Shown: positions 21,439 to 31,428, numbered from the stretch's first letter. The stretch: DNA of 34,228 bases from Candidatus Hydrogenedentota bacterium (GCA_046583315.1 JAYGCN010000214.1:1-34228), one strand, 5' to 3'. Translations and numbers: made by a program. The notes: generated from the sequence alone by a model not told the origin.

Positions 21439-22054
21439 CTACTTTCCGGGGTTAATACCGGATTCTTCTATCAGCTTATTGCCTTTGGCGATGTCTTGTT
21501 CCACCCCTAACCCCTCCCGCAGTAAAGTCCCGTAGACAAACTCCCCTATCGGCACACCTTCGACCGAGTACTCTTGAAAGAAACCTATAATGCGCTCATC
21601 CGATACAGGCCAACCGTCTATCCGATAGAACACGGCTATCTTGAGTTGCGAAATGGCTGTGGGCGACATCAACCACGCTTCACAAATCAGTGCGCAGATT
21701 GTCCATGAAATCAGCAGGCTCAAGAGAGACCATTTCGGAGGCGCCTGTATTCAGGTTGGGAAATTCATGCGAATATTCGGATCGCAACTTCAGCTGCATT
21801 TTCTGTAGCAACGTCATGGCCTCGATCATTTCGTCCATGGATTCGGACTCAACAATCAGCTTGCGAAGAGGTTCGCCGGCCTCCTTCGTGTTCATGCCCG
21901 GTTCCCAATGCGCAATGCGATATTTCGAAATCTCGATCGGGTCGTCCTGTAGACCTTGGGGCGGTACGGCAGCGTGTGCACCGGATTCCACATAAATGAA
22001 AACGAATAACGCCAAAACTGGTAGTGCCGAAAAGCGAACGATGCTATTCTTCAT
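21439..22054 (-). pseudogene. Secreted protein with C-terminal Sel1-like repeat, apparently frameshifted near 21680-21730
   Basis: Signal peptide ORF (MKNSIVRFSALPVLALFVF) overlaps a second ORF ending GEFVYGTLLREGLGVEQDIAKGNKLIEES (Sel1-like). Confidence 0.5.
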
Positions 22055-22173
22055 TTCCCCAAGTCCCCTTCGTAAATTCATCCGGTGTCGTAGCTGAGCA
22101 GATTTGATTGCCGACCTATGAATGCGCGAAGGGATAAATAAGTTTCACAAAAGCGGAACCGACGTCATAACTA

Positions 22174-23106
22174 TCAGTGCATATCCACTTCGCAGTCGCC
22201 GATACCCGGACGATAGAAGTTGAACTGCACGTTCGGGTGATCCGCCAATAAACTCATCGGCACGGCGCTGTCCGCGAGACCCTTGGAAATCATCAGCGTC
22301 GTCAGTCGCATCCCCAGCGCGTTGTCATGTGTGCCCGCCTGCCAGATGCTGACCTTGTCGCACTTCCACGTCTCCACAGGACCCACCGTCGCGGCCTGCG
22401 AAGGAATACCCGTCACGTTTCCGCCTCCTGATGTCCGCGCATTCTGCATGATCGTCATTGGATGCAAATCCACAATACGCGTACCCAATTTCCGATACTC
22501 CTCCGGCGTAGGCGGCGCATCCTTGTATGCTCCCTCCCGCTTCAACGGATCATTAAACGCCCAATGTTTCACGTCCCCCTGACCGCCCTGCATCACCGCG
22601 CACCGCGCCGAATCAAACGACGCACTGAACGCCGCGAGGTCCCCCGTCGGGAAATGCATATTCGCTGCAGGCATGCGTAAATGCTCATGAATCCGGTCAA
22701 AACACAAGTCCTTGTCCGCCCGCGCAAACGATAGCGGATGCTCCACACCTACCGCCACGCCATCCTCCACCCACTCATCCATGCCCCAAAAATGCGCACC
22801 CTTCGCCGCCAAATCCAAACCCAGCGAATTCACCAACCGCGCCACCAAAGGCAACTGTTCCGTCGGCCCAATCGGTCCACAAATCCCCACCGGTTGTTCC
22901 GGCATAGAAGCCGACCACGCCTCGATATACTCCAACGCCTCCGCAAGATAAAAGTCCTCCAGCGTGTCATACATCACAACAGAAAAACCCTCCCGCGACA
23001 ACCCAGCCATCCCCTCAACCGACAACCCCGCCGCATCCGATATCAACTCATCCTCCAAAGTAGTGTAATCCCACCACCCCGAAGCCACTAAGCTTTCCTT
23101 GCGCAT
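22174..23106 (-). CDS. Glucosamine-6-phosphate isomerase/deaminase-family protein (divergent)
   Basis: [50 protein letters not shown] resemble NagB-fold motifs; AGGAGA SD. Confidence 0.75.
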   Translation of the reverse strand: MRKESLVASGWWDYTTLEDELISDAAGLSVEGMAGLSREGFSVVMYDTLEDFYLAEALEYIEAWSASMPEQPVGICGPIGPTEQLPLVARLVNSLGLDLAAKGAHFWGMDEWVEDGVAVGVEHPLSFARADKDLCFDRIHEHLRMPAANMHFPTGDLAAFSASFDSARCAVMQGGQGDVKHWAFNDPLKREGAYKDAPPTPEEYRKLGTRIVDLHPMTIMQNARTSGGGNVTGIPSQAATVGPVETWKCDKVSIWQAGTHDNALGMRLTTLMISKGLADSAVPMSLLADHPNVQFNFYRPGIGDCEVDMH

Positions 23107-23298
23107 ATATCGTGTTCTCCTGTTGAATTAACGTTGAGTTAAGCAGATATCAACGAGAGATTCAACATGAATAGAATAGTGCGTTGCTTGGACATCGTAC
23201 GATGACAGAAATGTATCTTGTACCACTGTTGAGGGTCTGGTATTTTTAGATATTGAATGTTTGGAGCGGCTGCCAGCGTAGGGTGACGGGAAAGACGT

Positions 23299-23800
23299 AT
23301 GTCTATTAAGAAAACAATTGTCGTCGCTGCTGCAATTCTCGCGTTTATTGTTGCGGGTTTCACGATTTCCCTATTCGGGAGCTTCATTCTGTACGAGCAT
23401 GTCGTAGTGGAGGAGAGTCCGACCTTGGAGATCATCGAGCGATCAACCGAATCGAATAGCTCGCCTGGAGAAAATCGGCCTGCCAACAATGAGCGTTCTC
23501 ACCGGAGAAGATTACGTCGTTACGATCAATACACCGGTGAATTTCATGCCTGTCGTTTTCTTGAGAGCGCTCGATAAAGAGAAGCATGTATTGGACTTGC
23601 AGGGCGAGCATCTACGGAAAATTGGCGAGAACTCAGGAATGAGTCTTAAGGGATATCAATACTCTTTTATTGTGGAAGATGCCGATGGCGCACCAATTCA
23701 ATTCGATGTAATTGATCGCCAAGAAGTGGTTATTGGCCACGAACATGTAGCGTATGATTTGGTATCTCGCGGGTTCCTTTTTGTGATTGATGCGTTGTAG
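23299..23800 (+). pseudogene. Membrane-anchored hypothetical protein, probably one gene frameshifted near 23435
   Basis: N-terminal TM ORF 23299..23577 overlaps ORF 23489..23800, whose frame is open upstream (SDQPNRIARLEKIGLPTMSV). Confidence 0.4.
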
Positions 23801-23848
23801 GCGAGAATACGCGATAGGCACTGATATTTTAATTTCGTCGCCTGTTCC

Positions 23849-23983
23849 TAATCTGCGTAAATCGGCGTAATCTGCGGATAAAAAAGCTGTTTTCAGTTTC
23901 TTCCTCCCCTCTCTGCACCTCCGCGCCTCTGCGTTAAGCCCTTCGCAGTTTTCGGTTTCTAATCTGAGTTCATCCGCGGTTAA
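23849..23983. repeat. Cluster of short degenerate intergenic repeats
   Basis: AATCTGCGTAAATCGGCGTAATCTGCGG, CTCTGCACCTCCGCGCCTCTGCG, AATCTGAGTTCATCCGCGG units. Confidence 0.5.
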
Positions 23984-24249
23984 TTTAAGCGGTTTACCCA
24001 ATCACCAATAATGTCAACCCAAAATGCGCTATTTGTCAACTAAACTTCTATTGTTTCCCACAGGGCATTTCCGCCTCGCGCAGCCTATTGTGCAGTTCTG
24101 TACCCCATTGTTCCTCAGGTAGGGATTCACGCCATCGGTCGACTGCAACGGAGATGATAGATCTATAAGCAAGGGTTGTACGACCTAAACCATCCCGCGC
24201 CCCATTTAGTACAAACCGTGTACGATAACACCTCAAGAGGAGGAATGGT

Positions 24250-25761
24250 TTGACTATTCGATTGGTATCGAGCGGAACGATAGTGCGTGTCGTATTAGCG
24301 AGTTTGGTGCTGATTGCCCAAGCCATTTCGGCTCAACCGTCAGCAAAGGTGCTGGCTTCGGGCGATTTACCGGACACTCCAGTCGGACAACGCGCGGAGG
24401 CGTTGATTGAGGCCTTCAACACCGGCGGTCTGGACGTGTTGGAAGCCTTTGTGGCATCGAACATGGAACCCGCGGCGCTGCGTCAACGTGGCACGGCGCG
24501 CTCGGTGGCATCGTATTGGGCCGGCGTGTTTGCGGAGGCCGGACCCCTCACCTTTCATTCAAAGGAAGACGTGACGCTAGGCGGACGCACTCGGGAGGTC
24601 CTCTGGTTCCAGGCGGATCGTACGCGCGCATGGATGGGCATCGCCCTGCGTGTCGAAGAGAATTCTCCCCATCAACTCACGGGCTACAGCGTCATCCGTG
24701 GACTCCGACCAAGCACGGCCACCCCGCTGGACGTCTCGGAAGATGAATTGCCCGCCTACCTCAAGGCCTACCTCACATCCATCGCCGAACACGACCGCTT
24801 TTCCGGCAACGTACTCATCGCGAAAAACGACATCATCATTTTCGAAGGAAGCTACGGCGACGTGAAACCCGACTCGCGATTCCGTTTGGCCTCCGTCACC
24901 AAAATGTTCACCGGCATCGCCATCGCGCAACTCGCCGAAGCAGGCAAACTCAATTTCGACGACCCCATCAGCAAACACATCCCCGAATACCCCAAGCATG
25001 TCGCCGACAAAGTCACCATCCACCAGCTCCTCACGCACCAGTCCGGCATCGAACTCGACGACTACGGCCGCTACAACCGAGAAATCGAAAAAGCGAAGTG
25101 CATCGAAGAACTCCTGACGATTCAACTCAAATACCTAGAACACCTCAATCGCGGCAACTACGAAAATTTCGAGCCCCTCGGCAGTTACGACTACACCAAC
25201 GAAGGCATCGACCTGCTCGGCGTCATCATCGAACGCGCCAGCGGAAAAAACTGGTCCAAGTACATCCAGAAAAACATCTTTGCGAAAGCAGGCATGAAAT
25301 ACACAGGCGTGGACACATTAAAAGGCGACCCCGGCCTCGTCACGGGATACACCGGCACCAATCGCGCAGGCATGTTCCTCGCCGAACGCCGCGCGGTCAA
25401 TGGCGAAAAAGAGAACAGCGCACTACGCCCCGCCGGCAGCGGTTGGTCCACAACGCACGATATGTATGCATTCATCAATGCACTCAACATGAACAAACTG
25501 CTCTCCCCGGAAATGACGAAAACCGTGCTCAGCCCGCACATCAACACCGGCATCGTGGACTACGAATTTTACGGCTACACCTTCGATATCGACCTCGGCG
25601 ACACCCTGCCCATCTTCGGCCACCGAGGCGGTGCCCCCGGAATCAGCACCGCCGTCCGCCACTACCCTGACATCGGCTACACCGTCATCGTACTCTCCAA
25701 CTACAGCCGCGCAGGCGACGTCGCGCTCAACCACATCGAAGACATTCTCGCGGCGTTCTAA
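24250..25761 (+). CDS. Serine hydrolase (beta-lactamase class C/PBP-like) with extra N-terminal domain
   Basis: FRLASVTK (SxxK), LLTHQSG, YDYTN (YxN), GHRGG, VIVLSN; signal peptide; GAGGAGG SD before TTG. Confidence 0.9.
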   Translation: MTIRLVSSGTIVRVVLASLVLIAQAISAQPSAKVLASGDLPDTPVGQRAEALIEAFNTGGLDVLEAFVASNMEPAALRQRGTARSVASYWAGVFAEAGPLTFHSKEDVTLGGRTREVLWFQADRTRAWMGIALRVEENSPHQLTGYSVIRGLRPSTATPLDVSEDELPAYLKAYLTSIAEHDRFSGNVLIAKNDIIIFEGSYGDVKPDSRFRLASVTKMFTGIAIAQLAEAGKLNFDDPISKHIPEYPKHVADKVTIHQLLTHQSGIELDDYGRYNREIEKAKCIEELLTIQLKYLEHLNRGNYENFEPLGSYDYTNEGIDLLGVIIERASGKNWSKYIQKNIFAKAGMKYTGVDTLKGDPGLVTGYTGTNRAGMFLAERRAVNGEKENSALRPAGSGWSTTHDMYAFINALNMNKLLSPEMTKTVLSPHINTGIVDYEFYGYTFDIDLGDTLPIFGHRGGAPGISTAVRHYPDIGYTVIVLSNYSRAGDVALNHIEDILAAF

Positions 25762-27248
25762 TCGGAATCTGCGCCAAAGAGATCCTGAATGCCTTTTTGC
25801 AAGCTCTCGGTTTCAGCGATGACGGGCGTTCCAGAGGCTTTGAGTCCTTCGAAATCATCGGCCCACACGCCGTCGCCATCAAACAAATAAAACGAGTCCC
25901 AATCAATCGGGCCGAGGTGTTTGGTTGAAACGTGTTCTTCGATCCAAATTCCCAATACTTTCTCTTCATCCCAGTAATGGACAACACGTTTGTCATCCAA
26001 TAGGCTCGTCTTCCAACGACTCTTCTTGTCGGTGGCGACCATGTTGAACCATACCGCGTAGATCTGGATGTCTTCGTCGGGATATTTATCGAGAATATTT
26101 AGTTGGACCCAACGGGCCCCCTTAACGCAGGCCGGTCACGTCGGTGAAAACAGCAACAACAGTCGACGTTTCCCCTTATCCCCGTTGAACTGCGCCTTCA
26201 GCGCATCAACACCTTCAAATGGTTTCAATGTAGTCTCCTCGACGGATTCTTCTTCGGTAGTCGGAGCTACAGCCTGCGGAGTCGCCTGTGCAACGTCAAA
26301 GCTCCCTTTATAGCCGGCACGTTCCACCGCCGCCAACAGTGCCATCTCCATCGGGCGGTCATCGGCAACAAACTGCACCGTCGCCAACCCACCTTCGTAA
26401 CTCACCTCAACGCCCGTGACGCCAATGACCTCTGCCAAGGTGTTATTCAACGTCACCTCGCATCCCTCGCAGCTCATGCCCGTCACATAGATGTCTACGG
26501 ACTCCTCCGCAACGAATTCGCCACTCGGTGTGGCAGGTTCTACCGCAAAGGCATCCACATACAACGGAAACGCCGCAAAGATCGCAACGCCCACCGTCGA
26601 AACCCAGAGCAATGACCGATTGAAGCGCTTAAATTTCACATTGTGCGCATCGCGAGCATAAGAAAAATAAAATCCAACCGACAACATCACAGCAGCCACA
26701 ACAAGAAAGAAGGGCCGAGTCGTTTCAAACATCGCAGCCGCGCCTCCAGCCGACACCCCAACAGCAACAAACGTCAACGGAATCCAGCAACAGGCGGAAG
26801 CCAATATCGCCGCCACCAACGATCCGCCGGTAGCCACGATTCCGACCTTCGAGTTCGCCTCAACGACAACCTCATTCGTCGAGCAACAGTCCTCCGTATC
26901 TAAACAGCAATCAACGGACTCCGAAATCGACCCCGTCGCGCTTTCCACCGCCATACCTGTCAAAGCGGTCGCAAGCATCTCACTCGAAGGCAATCCCTGC
27001 CCGTCATACGTGCGACACGAATATCCGAAACCGGTCCGCGTACGCGCTTCCGGTTCAATATCCAATCCGTCCACTCGAATCGAAGGCGAACCTAGAAAGC
27101 GCAGCGCGTTCGCGTCCTCCGGGCCATGCACCTCTACCTCTTCAATAGTGACATCCAACTCAAGCGCGGCAACCATCCGTTCCACATACCTCACCGCAGG
27201 CGGATGATTCGGGCACCCCTCAAAATAAAAAATTTCTACGCGTTTCAT
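25758..27248 (-). CDS. Probable selenoprotein: Trx-like + MerT + HMA(MerP-like) + Trx-like(UxxC) fusion, UGA at 26138-26136
   Basis: ORFs 26136..27266 and 25758..26042 are in frame across a single TGA: LLLLFSPT-U-PACVKGARWVQ. Domains: YFEGCPNH/FLGSPSIRVDG/SCRTY; SACCWIPL plus three TM segments; GMSCEGC. GAGGAG SD before ATG 27248; 496 aa, Sec at codon 371. Confidence 0.88.
26105..26119 (-). promoter_or_regulatory. Candidate SECIS hairpin
   Basis: GGGCCC-GTT-GGGTCC; loop begins with G at +23 after the UGA. Confidence 0.45.
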
Positions 27249-27295
27249 AGGTAATTCTCCTCGCATTCACGAATATGGATATCGCATCAAATTGT

Positions 27296-27327
27296 ACTAT
27301 ACACCTTGAACCCAAGTGAAAGGTCAA
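27296..27327 (-). promoter_or_regulatory. MerR-type promoter/operator of the MerT fusion gene
   Basis: Minus strand TTGACC (27327-27322), 20 bp spacer, TATAGT (27301-27296); dyad ACCTTgaacccaagtgaAAGGT at 27303-27324. Confidence 0.85.
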
Positions 27328-27363
27328 GCACATTCATCCAAAAATCGTGAAAACAAGGTTAAA

Positions 27364-28176
27364 TCATGACCTGTGCAGTAGATAGGGGTTCTTTTTGATA
27401 CTGTAGTCGTTACCCATCTTGCCGTGACCAATGACGACATCGGTGGGATACACATCGGAACGGACACCATTTAGCGGCAACCAGGTACGACCCTTTTTGA
27501 CGACGAGCACCAGACCGCGTGTGTCGCCCATGGCGGTAAAGCCCTTGGAGGTGAGTCCACGAAACGGCGTTTGGCCGAATCGTTTTTCAATGTCTGAGGC
27601 TACCTTGGGCACATCAGGCACCACGAGTCCAATTTCGCTCGTGAACAATATTTGACCCGGCCCGAACGGTTCAGACGAGCCGTTATAGAGATCATGATGC
27701 GCGATGAATTCCAGAATGTTGCCCACCGGATCGAGATAGAAAATCGAATGCGCATTCCAGTGGCTGAAATCACGAATCTTGCCACCCCTTGGGTTCACGT
27801 CGAGTACAGGGCATCGGGGTTCCAACCATTCGAGCGAGGCGTTCAACTGATTCTCCGGGATCGTAAAGGCGAAATGATAAAATGGATTCTCCCATTTGGC
27901 ATCGGGCGAAAACTCGACAACGGTCGGTCCTACCGTTATGCGCAACAGATCTTTCGAGACTCGCTCCACCGGCAGTTCGAGCACGTCGCGATAAAATGGT
28001 TCCTGCGCGTCCAAGTCGTTTGAACACAGGCGTAGTTTTTCCAATAACACAGGGCTGTCCGGAGCGACCTCTGCAGCCTGGACCCTGCCAGCCAACAACA
28101 TCTGAGGCGCGTGCATCGCAGCAATAATCGAAGCGGCAGAACCACGGATAAATTCACGACGGTCGGGTAGTTTCAT
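27364..28176 (-). CDS. VOC/glyoxalase-family protein with Tat signal
   Basis: DRREFI Tat motif; FYRDVLEL, FYHFAFTIP, WNAHSIFYLDPVGNILEFIA VOC motifs. Confidence 0.85.
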   Translation of the reverse strand: MKLPDRREFIRGSAASIIAAMHAPQMLLAGRVQAAEVAPDSPVLLEKLRLCSNDLDAQEPFYRDVLELPVERVSKDLLRITVGPTVVEFSPDAKWENPFYHFAFTIPENQLNASLEWLEPRCPVLDVNPRGGKIRDFSHWNAHSIFYLDPVGNILEFIAHHDLYNGSSEPFGPGQILFTSEIGLVVPDVPKVASDIEKRFGQTPFRGLTSKGFTAMGDTRGLVLVVKKGRTWLPLNGVRSDVYPTDVVIGHGKMGNDYSIKKNPYLLHRS

Positions 28177-28520
28177 AATTAATTCCTTACTCCACGTTTT
28201 GCGTTTGCCAGGTCGCCATGTCAATATATTCTCGCCATTCGACAATCTTAGCATCTTTCATCTAGACGGCCCCTAGACAAGGCAATACGACCTCCCTACC
28301 GTTCATGACAAAGCGATCAATGCTGTCGGCGAAAACCGTGTCACCCGACTCGGCGATGAAATCGTGAATTACTTGAACGCCTTGACTTAGGGGCATTTTC
28401 CTTGTTGGTACTTGTATTTTGTCAAGTGTTCCATTGACATATGAGCGATTACCTATTGCAACGAAAAATGAAGTTTAGAAATACGATTTACAATTATTCT
28501 TAAAATGCGATAAACCTCTC

Positions 28521-28549
28521 TTGACTAGGGATATTCCTAGTACTAAAAT
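28521..28549 (+). promoter_or_regulatory. Sigma70 promoter with palindromic operator in the spacer
   Basis: TTGACT (28521-28526), 17 bp spacer, TAAAAT (28544-28549); ACTAGGgATATtCCTAGT palindrome at 28524-28541. Confidence 0.65.
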
Positions 28550-28591
28550 CGAATTAACGGATCTGCTCTTGAATACGGGGGGTGTAATCTA

Positions 28592-29641
28592 GTGGTCATT
28601 TTCAGGCATGTTCGAACAATTCTGTGCTTAGTGTGCGCTCTTGCTCCGGCTGCTGGCGCGCAACAGACCGAGGAAAATCTGGAGAAGACCGATTTCATGG
28701 CCATGAGTATGGAGGAGTTACTCAGCATTCCGCTGACGCTTACCAATGTACTCGGCATTCATCATGCACATCCACGCGGAGAATGGATGGTCGGCTACCA
28801 ATACATGAGGATGGACATGGATGGAAATCTCGATGGCTCTCACAAAGTGAGCACGAGCGAGGTGCTGGATGACTACATGGTCGCGCCAACAGAAATGAGC
28901 GTGGAAATGCACATGTTTGATTTTATGTACGGAGTGACGGATCGCTTGTCCGTTATGGCCATGGTGCCCTACATTCGCAAATCAATGGATCACGCGACTC
29001 GCATAGGGTCCGAATTCACGACCGACTCAGAGGGTCTGGGCGACATTCAGTTCATGGCACTTCACACCATTCGCTCCAATCAGCGATTCAAAATTCACTA
29101 CCAAGTGGGTCTAAGTACGCCCACAGGTTCTATCGATAAGAAGGGCAACACTCCAGCAGGTCGCACGAGATTGCCCTACCCGATGCAGATTGGATCGGGC
29201 ACGGTGGATCTGTTGCCAGGCCTTACCATATTGGCCAACCACGATGATTGGTATTATGGGGCAAGTACCCAAAGTACCATTCGCCTGGGTCGAAACGATC
29301 GTGTTTATTCTCTAGGCGATGTAGTTAGACTTGATACTTGGATTAGTCGGGTAATCACAGACAATATAAGTGTTAGTTTTCAGGTGAATGGGAGGACGTG
29401 GGGCGACATCGATGGCGCAGATTCCGGCCTGGATCCAGCGATTGCCCCTACGGCGAATCCCAACTTGCGCGCTGGTAAACGGGTTGATCTCATCGTGGGC
29501 ATCAACTTTTTTCGAAACGAAGGCCGCTTCAAAGGCAATCGTATATCTTTCGAAATTGGCGCGCCAGCGTATCAGTCGCTGGATGGACCTCAACTTGAGA
29601 CCGACCTGCACACAAAAGTCGGTTGGCAATGGGCGTTTTAG
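28592..29641 (+). CDS. Outer-membrane beta-barrel 'transporter' (COG4313/MetA-phenol-pathway-like), Met/His-rich
   Basis: Signal peptide; HHAHPRGEWMVGYQYMRMDM; GLGDI; GLSTPTGSID; LPYPMQIGSGTVD; C-terminal WQWAF. Confidence 0.75.
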   Translation: MVIFRHVRTILCLVCALAPAAGAQQTEENLEKTDFMAMSMEELLSIPLTLTNVLGIHHAHPRGEWMVGYQYMRMDMDGNLDGSHKVSTSEVLDDYMVAPTEMSVEMHMFDFMYGVTDRLSVMAMVPYIRKSMDHATRIGSEFTTDSEGLGDIQFMALHTIRSNQRFKIHYQVGLSTPTGSIDKKGNTPAGRTRLPYPMQIGSGTVDLLPGLTILANHDDWYYGASTQSTIRLGRNDRVYSLGDVVRLDTWISRVITDNISVSFQVNGRTWGDIDGADSGLDPAIAPTANPNLRAGKRVDLIVGINFFRNEGRFKGNRISFEIGAPAYQSLDGPQLETDLHTKVGWQWAF

Positions 29642-29916
29642 TCCGGATAAATCTCGCGTAAAGTCGAATGCTCGCAATTCGCTCTCTCCCCTTACTTATT
29701 ATTTCTTCAGCATGCATGTTTTGAGGGACTTGAAACCGATACGTACAAGATCCAATACGGCGAGGTCAAAGGATACAACATGAGTACGCTCAGGAAGAAT
29801 GTACAAAAGATCGTTGCCACTTTAGGGAAAGATGTTCCCGGAATCGATTTTCCGATGTGGCGCAAGTGAGGAAGTATCGGGAGTGATCAATAAATGAGAA
29901 CTATACCGTAATCACG

Positions 29917-30802
29917 CTAAAACGTGAATCCCGCGCCGAGGTTGAATTGGGTTCCGTGCGATACTTGAGTTGCCCGAACATCTTCATATACAGGGAATTT
30001 TACTTCCGACCGTACCATGACGTTATCTCGATACCAGACCAATACCGGACCCACCGATATCCTTTTTCCACCGGTTGTTCCTGCACCATTGACCCCTCGA
30101 TCCTCCGCGCGCGCCTCTAAATCGACCATAAGGAATATGCCTGTGTTCGTTAGGTTGTTGTGATACGGATGAATTCCGAGGTTCAGGTCAAATCCTAGGA
30201 CGTCTCCCTGTTCTATCCCCTTTTTTCCGTCTCCATTTTTCCAATAAAAGAGATCATAAAACTGGAACAGGTTCGCCGCCTCCGCACTGAACGAAGCACT
30301 CAATCCCACGTCCCAACTCCCGTCCCCCACGGGATAGGCATCGTCCGTGGAGCCCGTGGGCATACGAACACTCGGGGTCAGTCCAAAATTACCCGTGCTG
30401 GACTCCTTGTTATAATACCGTTTCAATTGGAGTCCAAGTATCGCGTCCCCGATACCACGGCCACGCTGTCGAACAGGCGTGCCAGCTTCCAACACCGTTC
30501 GGCTCTGATCAATCCAGGGCACTTTCGCCGTAACGCGCAGTTCACGTTTGAAGGTGTAAACGCCTTCCAACCACGTGGTCCGAATCTCAAGTTTCCGACC
30601 CAGGGGATTTTCCGTATCTTTCGTCCCACTCATCAAATCATCGGAGGAACGATTTTCATGGCGCACCTTGAAATCCCCAGCCGCCTTCCCAGCGCGGAGC
30701 CATGTCCATAACCGGCTGGTGCGCCCAAGCGGAACCCGATATGAACATCACCAATAAAACGAGAACCGTGGCCCCAGATATTCCGCGCCTAATCATGCTC
30801 AT
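29917..30802 (-). pseudogene. Outer-membrane beta-barrel 'transporter'-family protein, frameshifted near 30667
   Basis: MSMIRRGISGATVLVLLVMFISGSAWA-HQPVMDMAPRWEGGWGFQ joins VRHENR... if one G is removed; GIGDAILG, RMPTGST, C-terminal GAGFTF; ATG overlaps upstream TGA (ATGA). Confidence 0.72.
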
Positions 30803-31356
30803 TCTTCTTTATGCAGTATCGTATTCAACTCAACCGAAATCATCTCGTCATCACCCAACGTCGAAATTTTCTTCGCATCGAGTCGCACTTGAAGGTCGAC
30901 ATTTTCCATGTTCACCAAATCAGCGACCTTAGTCCCCAAGAGGACAAAATATTGCCCTGAGTCAGCCGACGTGATGCGAATCGTTTCACCGACCTTTGCA
31001 ACCCGCCCCTTCACGCGAAGATGCATCGTCACGGGATCATACCCGCCCTTCTTGATACGAGTGTACACCGCGCGAACAGGAATTCGTTCGCCGGGTTTCA
31101 ACGCAATCGTAATTCGATGCGCATTGATATCAACCAACACACCGTCACCGAAAATCGTGTTGTCCAATCCTTCAAGCCTGACCAGGCCCTTCTCCGCTCC
31201 CTGAGCGCAGAAACTTCACACAATTCCATAAACTTGAACGACCACCTGATTCGGATTGACCGTAATTTCCGAAAATTTCTTGTCAGTAGCATTGGCAAAT
31301 CCGGCGAACATCAGTGACATGATCGACAGGAATATCCACACTTTTTTGTTCGACAT
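30799..31356 (-). CDS. Probable selenoprotein: exported HMA/MerP-like metal-binding protein (GIV-U-SFC), UGA at 31218-31216
   Basis: Manual translation MSNKKVWIFLSIMSLMFAGFANA-TDKKFSEITVNPNQVVVQVYGIV-U-SFCAQGAEKGLVRLEG continues in frame into ORF 30799..31167 (...IKKGGYDP); GAGG SD; 185 aa, Sec at codon 47. Confidence 0.85.
31190..31212 (-). promoter_or_regulatory. Candidate SECIS hairpin
   Basis: TTCTgCGCTC-AGG-GAGCGgAGAA stem-loop starting 4 nt after the UGA, with a G-containing loop. Confidence 0.55.
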
Positions 31357-31428
31357 GATGTTACCTCGTTGAGAAATCAAAGACATTCCTATTGAATGTC
31401 TTGGTTCTTGAATTCTTTTCCTGTCGCT

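Noticed and set aside
23633..24326. ORFs 23633..24001 and 24048..24326
   Set aside because: Translations run through the intergenic repeats or overlap neighbouring genes antisense; no recognisable protein features.
29780..29869. 29-codon ORF MSTLRKNVQKIVATLGKDVPGIDFPMWRK with weak SD, ending in TGA
   Set aside because: No motif, no Cys context around the TGA, and a TAA follows shortly; cannot be supported as a gene or selenoprotein.
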